Positions 38,272 through 47,823 of a stretch of DNA of 51,822 nt are shown piece after piece. The position numbers were made by a program, and so were the translations under genes. Position 1 is the stretch's first letter. Each line of letters starts with the position of its first letter. Where the stretch lies: NCBI GenBank assembly GCA_019057635.1, contig DXJL01000149.1, positions 1-51,822 of the forward strand, given 5' to 3'. The stretch is from Candidatus Heimdallarchaeota archaeon (lineage in GTDB: Archaea > Asgardarchaeota > Heimdallarchaeia > Hodarchaeales > Hodarchaeaceae). Below the pieces are notes generated by a model. That model saw nothing but the letters and a program-made list of their open reading frames with translations. It made no database searches and was not told where the DNA came from.

Positions 38272-38712
38272 CTACTTCGATTTATTACTATAGCCAAAAG
38301 TTGCTGCTACTGCAGGTGCTACACTACTTCTTAAAACAATGAAATAGCTATCCAGTAAGTAATCCAGATCAATTGTAACTGAAGAGTCGTTAACTAAGTT
38401 AAAGATTATATAGGCAATAACCATTGCTAATGTAGCGATAATTAGTGTTATCACAAAAGTGATTGAAGCTAAACCAGTTCTTTCACCGAAATCTGTGAAC
38501 ATAGTAGACCCCCAGTATACTACAAAGAGGAATATGAACCAGACAAGAGCTGTAAAAATCCACATTACCCTGAAAGGGGTAAATATTTCGAGAATAGACT
38601 CTGATGGAGCAACTTCAGCTAGAAGATCCTCCACAAATAAGGATACAAAGTAACCAATAATTACAAAGATAAGCGTTCCGACATAGTAAGCCATTTTATT
38701 ATTTTCTGCCAT
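38272..38712 (-). CDS. Hypothetical membrane protein (3-4 TM)
   Basis: Hydrophobic helices; AGGAG SD upstream. Confidence 0.75.
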   Translation of the reverse strand: MAENNKMAYYVGTLIFVIIGYFVSLFVEDLLAEVAPSESILEIFTPFRVMWIFTALVWFIFLFVVYWGSTMFTDFGERTGLASITFVITLIIATLAMVIAYIIFNLVNDSSVTIDLDYLLDSYFIVLRSSVAPAVAATFGYSNKSK

Positions 38713-38862
38713 ATAACATAAACTCCTTATAAACTACTTGAAGAAATTAATAGATGAATGCTTTTCAGCAGTCACCACTCTTATAGAGGTCTTTACAAGA
38801 TAATTAACTGGATAAGAAAAACTTTTCTTGATTTTTCAAATTTGAGTCTGAAAAAAAAATTT

Positions 38863-39645
38863 CTAGCATCTTTTCCATTTGGGGAAATACGGATCCTTAG
38901 AACTTTCTTTCAACCGAATTTTTTCATCTTTAAATTCCGTAGCGAAGTGCTCATTATGTTTAATTAAGTATTTTGCCAGGGGCAAATATTTTGCTAGAGT
39001 TTTTGCGTTGGGAATTAAGCAATGACCTCCGATTGCTTGAGCATAGGGAAGTAGACACCGATCTTCAGTTGATTCAATGAAATCAGTAATCGTAGTAAGA
39101 TTCAAGTCATTATCTCTTGCTAATTTCGCTACTGCTTGTGTAAAGACTATTAAATGCATATAAAATGTTGTATTCAGATTTTTGGCAAATTCAAGTGATA
39201 TTGGATCCTCAATTGCAAGTGTAATCGGAATTTTAAAAAATTCGTACAAATTTTTAATTTCATTTCCTACTATGGTATCTGTAGTAGCCACAAATTTTTG
39301 AAAATGAAGAATGTAGGGTTTTAGATTCGGATGCGTTCCACGAATTGGACTGTAAGCTACTCTTGGGAAAAATTCAGAGATCTTTTGAGTTGTTCCGGGA
39401 TTGATTGTTGAATGTACAATAATTATTGAATCTCTTGAGGCAAACTTATTCGAATACTCGTGTGCAATCTTTACAAAATCTGGTGAATCTGGGTAGCAAA
39501 GATGGAGAAAATCGAACGATGTTTCTTCCTGAGGATTAAGATCAATATCCAGTACATCAAACTTATTTCCCGAGTCCTCTATTATTTCTTTAATAGCAGT
39601 ACCCACCTCACCAAGTCCAATGATTAAATGTGTCGAATTTTCCAT
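38863..39645 (-). CDS. Short UDP-glucose/GDP-mannose dehydrogenase family protein
   Basis: IIGLGEVG, HSTINPGTT, YSPIRG, EFAKNLNT, IGGHCL (catalytic Cys). Confidence 0.82.
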   Translation of the reverse strand: MENSTHLIIGLGEVGTAIKEIIEDSGNKFDVLDIDLNPQEETSFDFLHLCYPDSPDFVKIAHEYSNKFASRDSIIIVHSTINPGTTQKISEFFPRVAYSPIRGTHPNLKPYILHFQKFVATTDTIVGNEIKNLYEFFKIPITLAIEDPISLEFAKNLNTTFYMHLIVFTQAVAKLARDNDLNLTTITDFIESTEDRCLLPYAQAIGGHCLIPNAKTLAKYLPLAKYLIKHNEHFATEFKDEKIRLKESSKDPYFPKWKRC

Positions 39646-39815
39646 AAGAATTCCTTTTTTTACTTTATTAGCAGGTAATTCTGCATCACAGGAAGAAACT
39701 TCATATATTTTTGTGTATGGATTATTGTTGAATTCCTCAATTAGTAATCTAAGCTAGTAGATAAGAGATCTGAAATAGAAATTTAGGATTCTTAAAAAAA
39801 AAGTAAAAGGGAGCT

Positions 39816-42212
39816 CTATAGTCTTTTCTTCTTGAGGAGGAGGACGATAATGGCTATACCCGAAATACCCCATATCCACTCAAATCCAGGAGCCCCACTA
39901 CCGCCTAAGTCCGGTTCCTTTGTTAATACTAAGATTTCCGTAGGAATTCGTGTTAACGTGAGATTAAGGGATGATAGCTCGCCAGAATACAACGGAGTAA
40001 CCCATAAATAAAGATACACAAAGTCAGCATCAGTAGCTGCCCCAAAACCAGTTGTTACATTACCAATTTCTGTATAATCGCTCGGCATATCATACCTATC
40101 TGTAGTAAGATACGAAAACTCGTAGCTATTAGAATGAATTCCTTTAATATCTTGAATGATGACTGGTTTAGCATTTAATGTGAAATTTGTGAAATGAAGT
40201 TCAATATCTGTCCAGTTCATCCACTCGACAGGGACCTTGATCATCCATTCCCTTGAAAGTGTCGTATTGATCAATAGATTTGTACTATTCACATCATCAA
40301 CAAACCAGATATCTTCAATATATGACATATACTCCATATCAGCAGTATAGATATCGAAGTAACAAAAACTCTCAAAAGGTAGCGTTTGAGTTCCATTATC
40401 AAGATAAGAATCAACTGTTACAAAATATCTACCTTCTGTACTTGCAAATGTTTTTGGAAGAGAAATTGAAAATCGATTCTGAGTATAATCATTACTATCA
40501 GAGTAAATTTTGCTGAATTGGTCATGTTGGAGGAGAATTGCTTCTCCATTCACAACACCAAATACATTAATGGATATATCATGATAAATTGTCTCCCCAG
40601 AATGTTGAGCCACCAGATCATTACTTGCATTAAAAGCTACACCTAGTATACCATGCCAAAAGAGTTGTTTTTGATAGAAGAGTGTATTATATTCAAAAAC
40701 ATGACCAACCGTAGCACCAGGAAGATCATTCCTAGCATCAAAGGTGAGAAGATCTGAATCAAGATAAGCATTTGGAGACCAAATATTGTATGGTGGTGTC
40801 ATATCACCAGCGTCTTTGAATTCCTGTGAAACCAGATCATTGTTTTTTGAAACAGTTATTTCAAACCAAGCTTCTTCAGGTAAAGTATTCTCAAGAAGCA
40901 AATAAGCCGAAGATTGATAGAGAAATAAGTTTGTAACTTGTGTATTAGTATTTAGGATATCAAATGTTGATGTGACATAAGGTTGGCTAGGAGTGCCAAA
41001 TATATCTTGAAGTTGAACACCTTTCGACTCAGAAGTAATCTGAACCTGAACACTTGTAGGAGTAGAAACATTAAATTTGAAAATTGAAAAATCATTCGCT
41101 CTAAGCCTTCCAGGGTGTAATACACCTGGGTATAAAGGTTCGGGAGAGAATTTTTCAATACCAAATAAATATCGGGCGGTACCATCATGAATGATAAGCA
41201 TATACTCAGGACGCTTTGAAAATTGAGCGACATTTAGTCCCAATGACCCTCTATAGACAGTATTATTCTCTCTTGGGACGAAATGAGCAGTTGTAGTCCC
41301 ACCTCGAATATTCTCAAAATGTTGGAAAAAGATATCTCCTGCTTCAGGGGTGTATTTATACCAATTAAAAGTAAGCATAGCGTCATCAATTTCTTTTTGG
41401 GTCAACTGTGAATCAGGCGTTCCTACAATCTGTAGGTGTATTTCATCATCTATATCTAAGACTTCAGGTTTAAAGGTAGAAGTCTCAATATTGAAAAAGA
41501 GTTTCTCATCAGTCGGTTCAATTAAGAATACATATTTTCCCTTCTTTTCTGCAATTAATAGGAAATATTCATCATCTCCCTCAACATATTGAAAATATTG
41601 AACAGGAGCTCCATTTGGATCAAGAATTATAACTTTTTCATAACGTGATCCTATACCAGGGTCAGGAAATACATTTAATCGAAGTGATAAAGGCCCAGCA
41701 GAGCCAACCGCAATTTGTAAGTAGAAATTAAAATCTGGATCTACTTCAAACAATTCCTCAGTGTTATCATCAATTGCTAGAGCTGTGTGATTAGTTGAAA
41801 CCTGAAAATCTCCATAGGATTCGGAAGATACACTATCAAAAAGGAGCCAGCTAGTTTTACTGTAGTCAACTGTTCCATCGGTTGTAAAGGGTGAATATGA
41901 AAAAGGATAATTGATTGGAAAAACATTTGTTGCCTCAGTAAGGTCTGGAACTGAAAAACTCTTAATTGCACCATTTCTAATATTTCTGTGTGATATATTA
42001 ACGGGACGAGTTGAAGACAGAGTTACACTCGGCATATCAGTTGATGGAACGAGAGCTACAGCTTTTCTTTTATGATCCATGGATAAATCCACGGAAACAG
42101 ATTCACTAGCATCTGAACTAGCTCCAATTGCCATCGGAGTTACAAAAGAAGTAGAAAAAATGAGTAAAATCATGAATGTAATAATTTGCTTTAAATTTCG
42201 GAAACGTTTCAT
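39816..42212 (-). CDS. Large secreted cell-surface glycoprotein with PGF-CTERM-like sorting signal
   Basis: Signal peptide, beta-rich repeats, many NxS/T sites, C-terminal APGFEW-TM-KKKRL. Confidence 0.85.
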   Translation of the reverse strand: MKRFRNLKQIITFMILLIFSTSFVTPMAIGASSDASESVSVDLSMDHKRKAVALVPSTDMPSVTLSSTRPVNISHRNIRNGAIKSFSVPDLTEATNVFPINYPFSYSPFTTDGTVDYSKTSWLLFDSVSSESYGDFQVSTNHTALAIDDNTEELFEVDPDFNFYLQIAVGSAGPLSLRLNVFPDPGIGSRYEKVIILDPNGAPVQYFQYVEGDDEYFLLIAEKKGKYVFLIEPTDEKLFFNIETSTFKPEVLDIDDEIHLQIVGTPDSQLTQKEIDDAMLTFNWYKYTPEAGDIFFQHFENIRGGTTTAHFVPRENNTVYRGSLGLNVAQFSKRPEYMLIIHDGTARYLFGIEKFSPEPLYPGVLHPGRLRANDFSIFKFNVSTPTSVQVQITSESKGVQLQDIFGTPSQPYVTSTFDILNTNTQVTNLFLYQSSAYLLLENTLPEEAWFEITVSKNNDLVSQEFKDAGDMTPPYNIWSPNAYLDSDLLTFDARNDLPGATVGHVFEYNTLFYQKQLFWHGILGVAFNASNDLVAQHSGETIYHDISINVFGVVNGEAILLQHDQFSKIYSDSNDYTQNRFSISLPKTFASTEGRYFVTVDSYLDNGTQTLPFESFCYFDIYTADMEYMSYIEDIWFVDDVNSTNLLINTTLSREWMIKVPVEWMNWTDIELHFTNFTLNAKPVIIQDIKGIHSNSYEFSYLTTDRYDMPSDYTEIGNVTTGFGAATDADFVYLYLWVTPLYSGELSSLNLTLTRIPTEILVLTKEPDLGGSGAPGFEWIWGISGIAIIVLLLKKKRL

Positions 42213-42543
42213 TTTTTTATCTCTCCATTTTATTAGTCATTGAAGTGAACCATGAAGGATCTTTTAAGAAGCTATCGAATTATCACTATTGTATATTCGT
42301 CAATAGGCATAAATATTATCACTGGACTCACTTTTCTGTCCAGAGAGGATTAGAAATTCATATTTAAAAGTATAGTTTACAACATCGAAATAATAAAATC
42401 CAGACTGTGTCTAAAAATCTGATCGGAGAAACTCGAATACGCTTCACAGATTCTTTTTCAGTTCAAGACAATTTATTTGGCAATACATTAATATAACAAA
42501 ACCATTAAAAACAATACAGCTAAAACTTTGTTAAGCCATTCAG

Positions 42544-42945
42544 GTGAACCGATTGCTAGAGAATGATGACGCAGAAATTATGGACAGGTTGGCACAAATT
42601 GAACAAATTCTGAAAGACGTTCAAAGCAGAATTCCAGATTTAGAAGGTCTTGCCGTTGTAACCAGAGATGGATTACCCATCGCGAGTGCTCTCTATACTA
42701 ATACCGATGAAGATCGTATCTCTGCCATGACAGCAGCTAGCTTATCGCTATCGGAAAGAGTGGTTGTTGAGTTAGAGAGAGGGGTAATGGAACAAGTTAT
42801 TATCACTGGATCTAATGGATTAGTCATTATTCGTGATTCTGGAGAGCATGCTGTTCTAGTAGGTATCGCCCGTGCCAACGCTAAATTGGGATTAATTCTT
42901 TTAGATATGAAACGTGCAGCAAAAAAGCTTGCATCTATGATTTGA
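42544..42945 (+). CDS. Roadblock/LC7 (MglB-like) domain protein
   Basis: LEGLAVVTRDGLPIAS, RISAMTAASLSLSER, GSNG, AKLGLILLDMKRAA. Confidence 0.92.
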   Translation: MNRLLENDDAEIMDRLAQIEQILKDVQSRIPDLEGLAVVTRDGLPIASALYTNTDEDRISAMTAASLSLSERVVVELERGVMEQVIITGSNGLVIIRDSGEHAVLVGIARANAKLGLILLDMKRAAKKLASMI

Positions 42946-43017
42946 AGAGCCTATACTTTCTCAGCCCCTATTTTTGAGAAGGAAAATTTTCATTGGTAGA
43001 ACTTATTACTAATATAT

Positions 43018-44526
43018 TTAGGCAACTCTTTCCAAAAGGACACTCTCGACGATAACGGGACGTAATTTGGCAATAAGCCCTCTTACCTCATCCAAAGCCG
43101 AGTCTGAGGATGCGTAGACACGAAAAACTTCCTCACCTTTGCGCACGGATTCTTTTTTGGATAATATTTGGATTCCTGCAAATCGATCTCCTGGAGCCCC
43201 TGCTGCGCGAGCTATTTCTTTTAAGGCGTAATTATTCCAAGTATGAGGCCACCCATCTCCAGGTGCTTGATACGATAATACAGGTTTCCCAACGAGTTGT
43301 TCACGAATTTCAGCTGATGTTATTTTTGGATCTCCTCCCTGACCTTCAATGATTTCACGCATTTTTTTCAATGCTTTTCCACTGTGTAATATATCGGCAG
43401 CAAATGGTTTGCCAAGACCGCGACCCGTCATACCTGCTAACTCAAAAATAATCCCTGCTAATTCACAGCTTTTTTCAACTAAAGAAGTGGGACCTTTTCC
43501 AGCTAATGCATCTAACGCCTCAGCAGCTTCTAACGCAGGACCAATACTATGACCAACGGGGACATTAGCATAGGTTAATCCTGCTTCAGCTTTTATACCA
43601 AGTCTAGATGCTAAACTAACAAATAAACGGGCTAAAGTACGCCCATCTTCCTCATTATCAACTTTAGTGCCAGTACCAACCGGAATATCCAAGCACATAA
43701 AATCTACTCCCATTGCAAGCTTTTTAGCTAATATTCCTGCAAGAAATAGGGACTCAGGATCAATTCCCAAAGGAAAGGCAGCCTCTGTGATAATTTTATC
43801 AACAACGGGCGCAATCCCCATATCACGGCCAGATACTATACATCCCTTCGTTTTTTTGACTAGATCAAAAACCTCATCAGCATTTAACTCGACAGGTGCC
43901 AAAACCGACATTGTGTCTGCAGTGCCACTGGCTGAAGTGATAGCATAGGTAGATGTTTTGGGAATGAGTAATCCAGCAGCAGCAAGGATGGGTACAATTA
44001 ATAACGTAATTTTATTGCCTGGAACACCTCCAATGCTGTGTTTATCAAAGACTGGAGCTGAAAAATCATGAATTTTCCCCGAATCGGCAAAAGAACGGGC
44101 CATTGCTTCTATTTCATCCAAGGAGAACTCTGTGAAATGCTGGCTCAATAAAAATGCAGAAGAATGGGAAGGAGAAATCTCCGCATTCATGAATCCCTTT
44201 GTAATTGCATCCATGTCTTCTTTATTGAGTATATTTCCTTTAACTTTATCAATAATCAGTCTATGTGCAACTGAATCAAATGTTCGTCTAGTCTGAACAT
44301 CCACTTCCGTCCCTTCCAACAGGCCATATCGTTTGATCACAGATTCAGACAAACCAATCTCCCCTTTTTCGACATATTTACCAGTTAAATAAGCTTGTAC
44401 AGGAAAATAAGTGCTATCAAATGAGATTCGTAATTGACATGGATAAGTAATTGCTTTAGGGAAATTTTGCTCATTAATAAGCGCAAATGGAGAATCTAAA
44501 GGTATTTCTTTAAGTGTTAATTTCAT
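43018..44526 (-). CDS. Archaeal AMP/NMP phosphorylase paralog 1 (thymidine phosphorylase family)
   Basis: N-terminal extra domain, DKHSIGGVPGNK, AITSASGTAD, KKLAMG, LDIPVGTGTKV, GPALEA. Confidence 0.9.
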   Translation of the reverse strand: MKLTLKEIPLDSPFALINEQNFPKAITYPCQLRISFDSTYFPVQAYLTGKYVEKGEIGLSESVIKRYGLLEGTEVDVQTRRTFDSVAHRLIIDKVKGNILNKEDMDAITKGFMNAEISPSHSSAFLLSQHFTEFSLDEIEAMARSFADSGKIHDFSAPVFDKHSIGGVPGNKITLLIVPILAAAGLLIPKTSTYAITSASGTADTMSVLAPVELNADEVFDLVKKTKGCIVSGRDMGIAPVVDKIITEAAFPLGIDPESLFLAGILAKKLAMGVDFMCLDIPVGTGTKVDNEEDGRTLARLFVSLASRLGIKAEAGLTYANVPVGHSIGPALEAAEALDALAGKGPTSLVEKSCELAGIIFELAGMTGRGLGKPFAADILHSGKALKKMREIIEGQGGDPKITSAEIREQLVGKPVLSYQAPGDGWPHTWNNYALKEIARAAGAPGDRFAGIQILSKKESVRKGEEVFRVYASSDSALDEVRGLIAKLRPVIVESVLLERVA

Positions 44527-44780
44527 ATATTGTACATCCTGTTCTACAGTGGATAAAGAGAAATATCTCACCCTTAGAATACTAAATCTTCCCCGAGATT
44601 CTAGAGTGATGAGTTTAGCTACATCTCTTACTGAATGGAGAAAGACTCGTTAAATTGGTTATCTATTGTGAATACTCTTTACTAACTTATTGTTTTACTA
44701 AATCACTGGCCTTTTTTACAGCTTTCTTTTTGGGAAATTTCAGCTAGAGAGTTCATTGACACGCGCAAAAATAATCAATA

Positions 44781-44800
44781 AAAAAGGGGAAGAGAGAAAT
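44781..44800 (-). terminator. Pyrimidine/T-rich archaeal terminator-like tract after the orphan copy of the paralog 2 stop codon
   Basis: Minus strand reads TAG (44810-44808), then TCAATTTATTTCTCTCTTCCCCTTTTTT. Confidence 0.45.
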
Positions 44801-44807
44801 AAATTGA

Positions 44808-44828
44808 CTAAACTCGACCCATGAGCAT
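44808..44828. repeat. Direct repeat copy A (att-like), duplicate of the AMP phosphorylase paralog 2 3' end
   Basis: CTAAACTCGACCCATGAGCAT, 20/21 identical to 47803-47823. Confidence 0.85.
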
Positions 44829-44965
44829 GCAAGCAGTCTTTACATAACGAAGGATGGATAAATCCTTGAAATTAGATTCAAATTGAGAACTCCTTGCAAT
44901 GCTTTAATAAAAATATACTTAGTCTCTTGTTACATAATTTTATTCCATTCAAAAAGGTGAAGATC

Positions 44966-46414
44966 ATGGACCAACAACAGGTTTTACTTGAAAAATGTTT
45001 AGCAGAAACAGAAAAATACGGAGTGAGATTTGCTGATGCACGTATTTTCTCAACGTTGAGAGAATCTATTGAAATGAGAAACGGACAAGTAGAATCTGCA
45101 GGAACCTCACGAGAGAGGGGTATGAATGTTAGGGTGATTATAAATGATGCTTGGGGATATGCAACCTCATCACGAGTTACAAAAACCGAAATCGGTATAA
45201 TGGTTAAACAAGCTATAGATATTGGAAAAGCTAGTTCTCTCAAGCTTCGTAGACCAGTGGTTCTAACTGAAGAACCAATCATCAAGGATACGTATAGGAC
45301 TCCTTTTAAGATTGATCCGTTCGAGGTAGATATTGAGGAAAAAATTGAGCTACTAAAAATGTCAGATTCTACGCTAAGAGAAGCTGGTGACCAAATACGT
45401 GTAGCTGAGAGTGAATTCGCTGCACATCGAGTCGAGTTAACCTTTGCTTCCAGTGAAGGTTCAATGATAAATCAAACACAGACCTATGTAGGAGCACGCG
45501 TAGCTGCAACAGCAGTAGGAGCCGACGTGCATATTCGTAGTTCACGAGATTATAAAATGAAAGGATTTGAACACGTTAAAGAATTTGATTATGAAAAAGA
45601 AGCAAGAAACACTGCGAAAGAAGCTTTAATACTAGTTAATGAAGCAATAAATTGTCCAAATGGTAAAACTGCTTTTATATTAGAACCAGATCAATTAGGA
45701 CTAACGATTCATGAGTCGACAGGCCATCCAACAGAATTAGATCGTGCTTTGGGTTTTGAAGCCGATTTTGCAGGCACTTCATTTTTAACAACAGACAAAC
45801 TGGGAACCAATTATCAATACGGTTCAGACATTGTAAACCTCGTATTTGATCCAACGATTCCTTTTGCCCTTGGAAGCTATAAGTATGACGATGAAGGAGT
45901 AGAAACCAAAAAATTCCCAATAGTTGAAAATGGAATCTTCAAGAATTATATGACTGATCGTGAAACGGCCCACGAACTAGGGTACAAACATTCCTTTGGA
46001 AACGCAAGAATATCCAATTATAATCGAATCCCTATTGTTAGAATGGGAAACTTACATTTACTCCCGGATCCTAAAGGCCCAAAGGATATTGATGAGCTTG
46101 TAGCAGAAACCAAGAATGGAATTTTTGGATTAACATGGAAAAGCCACTCAATAGATGACAAACGAACGAACTTTCAGTTTAGTACACAAATAGGGTGGCT
46201 CATTGAGAATGGAGAAAAAACCAAGCCATTAAAAAATCTTGTATATAATGCAGCCACTCCTGAATTTTGGGGTAACTGTGATATGATTACCCAGGAAACT
46301 AAAAGTTTTGGATTTGGTCCAAGTTGTGGAAAAGGAGTTCCGATACAGGGAATGTGGATAGAGCACGGTGGTGGTTGGGCACGATTCCAAAATGTAAATG
46401 TCTTCGCAGGATAA
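44966..46414 (+). CDS. tldD: TldD metalloprotease subunit
   Basis: GMNVRVI...WGYA, HESTGHPTELD (HExxGH), YDDEG, RMGN, CGKG.P.Q; GGTGA SD before ATG 44966. Confidence 0.93.
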   Translation: MDQQQVLLEKCLAETEKYGVRFADARIFSTLRESIEMRNGQVESAGTSRERGMNVRVIINDAWGYATSSRVTKTEIGIMVKQAIDIGKASSLKLRRPVVLTEEPIIKDTYRTPFKIDPFEVDIEEKIELLKMSDSTLREAGDQIRVAESEFAAHRVELTFASSEGSMINQTQTYVGARVAATAVGADVHIRSSRDYKMKGFEHVKEFDYEKEARNTAKEALILVNEAINCPNGKTAFILEPDQLGLTIHESTGHPTELDRALGFEADFAGTSFLTTDKLGTNYQYGSDIVNLVFDPTIPFALGSYKYDDEGVETKKFPIVENGIFKNYMTDRETAHELGYKHSFGNARISNYNRIPIVRMGNLHLLPDPKGPKDIDELVAETKNGIFGLTWKSHSIDDKRTNFQFSTQIGWLIENGEKTKPLKNLVYNAATPEFWGNCDMITQETKSFGFGPSCGKGVPIQGMWIEHGGGWARFQNVNVFAG

Positions 46415-46423
46415 GTGTAAAAA

Positions 46424-47800
46424 ATGAGCTTTGATACAGATAAAATAATAGAATCTGCCGATTTTGCTATTAGACGAGCTAAAACGGCTGGGATGGATGG
46501 AGCATATGTAAATTCGGGTTTAACTAGAGCCTTCTCTACTCGTTTTGCAAACTCTGCAATTCATCAAAATTTCATGGATTTTGAAACAAGTTTCCGTATT
46601 ACTGTGATCAAAAGGAAAAAGCGAGTTGGAGTTTCAACGAACTCTTTAAGTGAATCAAATGTTGCTTGGGCAGTTGATCGTGGGATTTCGATTGTAAAAT
46701 ATCTACCCGATGATCCTGAATTTCCTGGAGTCTTAACTGAACCTCAACAATACCAAAAATTACAATTGAATGACCCACAGATACAGAATTTATCACCATC
46801 TGATATTGCTGATAAAATAGTAGGCAGTATTAATAGTAGCCATGAATACGACTCAAAAGTTCAATCAGTATCAGGGAATTTAAACTTACAAGATGGCTAT
46901 ACTTTTTTCCTTTCATCAGAAGATCAAGAATATCTTACTCCCGTCACAGGAATAACCTCTACATTTAATGTCGCAGCAGACGACGGATCAGGAGAGTCCC
47001 GAAGTAATAGCTCATTTGGTGGCCGGCGTTTTGCGGAATTGCCCTGTGAAACTGAAGCTGTAGAAGCTGCAAAACGGGCAGTGATGGGACTTAATGCGCA
47101 GGAAATAGAAGCAAAGGAGTATCCTGTTATTCTAGATTATCAAGCTGCAGCTGATCAGTTGACATGGGTTGGATTTGCTCTTTCTGCAAGAACCATCCTC
47201 GACGAGGTATCATTTCTTAAAGATCGGATAGGAGAACAATTTTTTTCAGAATCACTCACTCTACTCAATGACCCCCATGATCCAACCTTTTTAGCCGCAC
47301 GAGCACTTGATCTGGAAGGAGTAGCGAGTCAGAAATATACATTGATTAATAAAGGGGTTGTAGAAAGCTATGCATATGATAGATTAACCGCTAGTAAAAT
47401 GGGGGCAAAAACTAATGGCTGTAGTTTTGCAATCTTCGATGAATCCTTCCCTTTTCCATTTGCATCCAAAGTAGCACCTGGTAATCAAAAAACACGCCAA
47501 CAATTAATTGAAGAAATGGATGATGGACTTCTTATTACCAATCTTCATTATACTAATTACATCGATATGCCTCGTGGTACGGAAACTGGGATGACAAAGG
47601 ATGGATTGTTTATAATCAAGAATGGAGAAATCACGGGTGCAGCGAAGAATATGCGATTTACAGACTCCATCCCAAAGATGTTCTCGACTACAGAAGTATC
47701 AAAGGAAACTCTACAGGCAGTTACCTGCTTTGGAATTCACTGCATCACTCCAGCAATTAAACTTGATTCAATGAATTTTTCAAGCAAGACTAGCCATTAA
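46424..47800 (+). CDS. pmbA: TldE/PmbA non-catalytic subunit
   Basis: TRFANSAIHQN, DLEGV, TGMTKDG, KNMRFTDS; no HExxH; 9 bp after tldD. Confidence 0.88.
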   Translation: MSFDTDKIIESADFAIRRAKTAGMDGAYVNSGLTRAFSTRFANSAIHQNFMDFETSFRITVIKRKKRVGVSTNSLSESNVAWAVDRGISIVKYLPDDPEFPGVLTEPQQYQKLQLNDPQIQNLSPSDIADKIVGSINSSHEYDSKVQSVSGNLNLQDGYTFFLSSEDQEYLTPVTGITSTFNVAADDGSGESRSNSSFGGRRFAELPCETEAVEAAKRAVMGLNAQEIEAKEYPVILDYQAAADQLTWVGFALSARTILDEVSFLKDRIGEQFFSESLTLLNDPHDPTFLAARALDLEGVASQKYTLINKGVVESYAYDRLTASKMGAKTNGCSFAIFDESFPFPFASKVAPGNQKTRQQLIEEMDDGLLITNLHYTNYIDMPRGTETGMTKDGLFIIKNGEITGAAKNMRFTDSIPKMFSTTEVSKETLQAVTCFGIHCITPAIKLDSMNFSSKTSH

Positions 47801-47802
47801 AT

Positions 47803-47823
47803 CTAAACTCTACCCATGAGCAT
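47803..47823. repeat. Direct repeat copy B (last 7 codons of AMP phosphorylase paralog 2)
   Basis: CTAAACTCTACCCATGAGCAT, which reads MLMGRV* on the minus strand. Confidence 0.85.

Noticed and set aside
42252-42353. 33-aa hydrophobic ORF upstream of the roadblock gene
   Set aside because: Too short, no clear SD, and overlaps the probable promoter of the divergent surface protein
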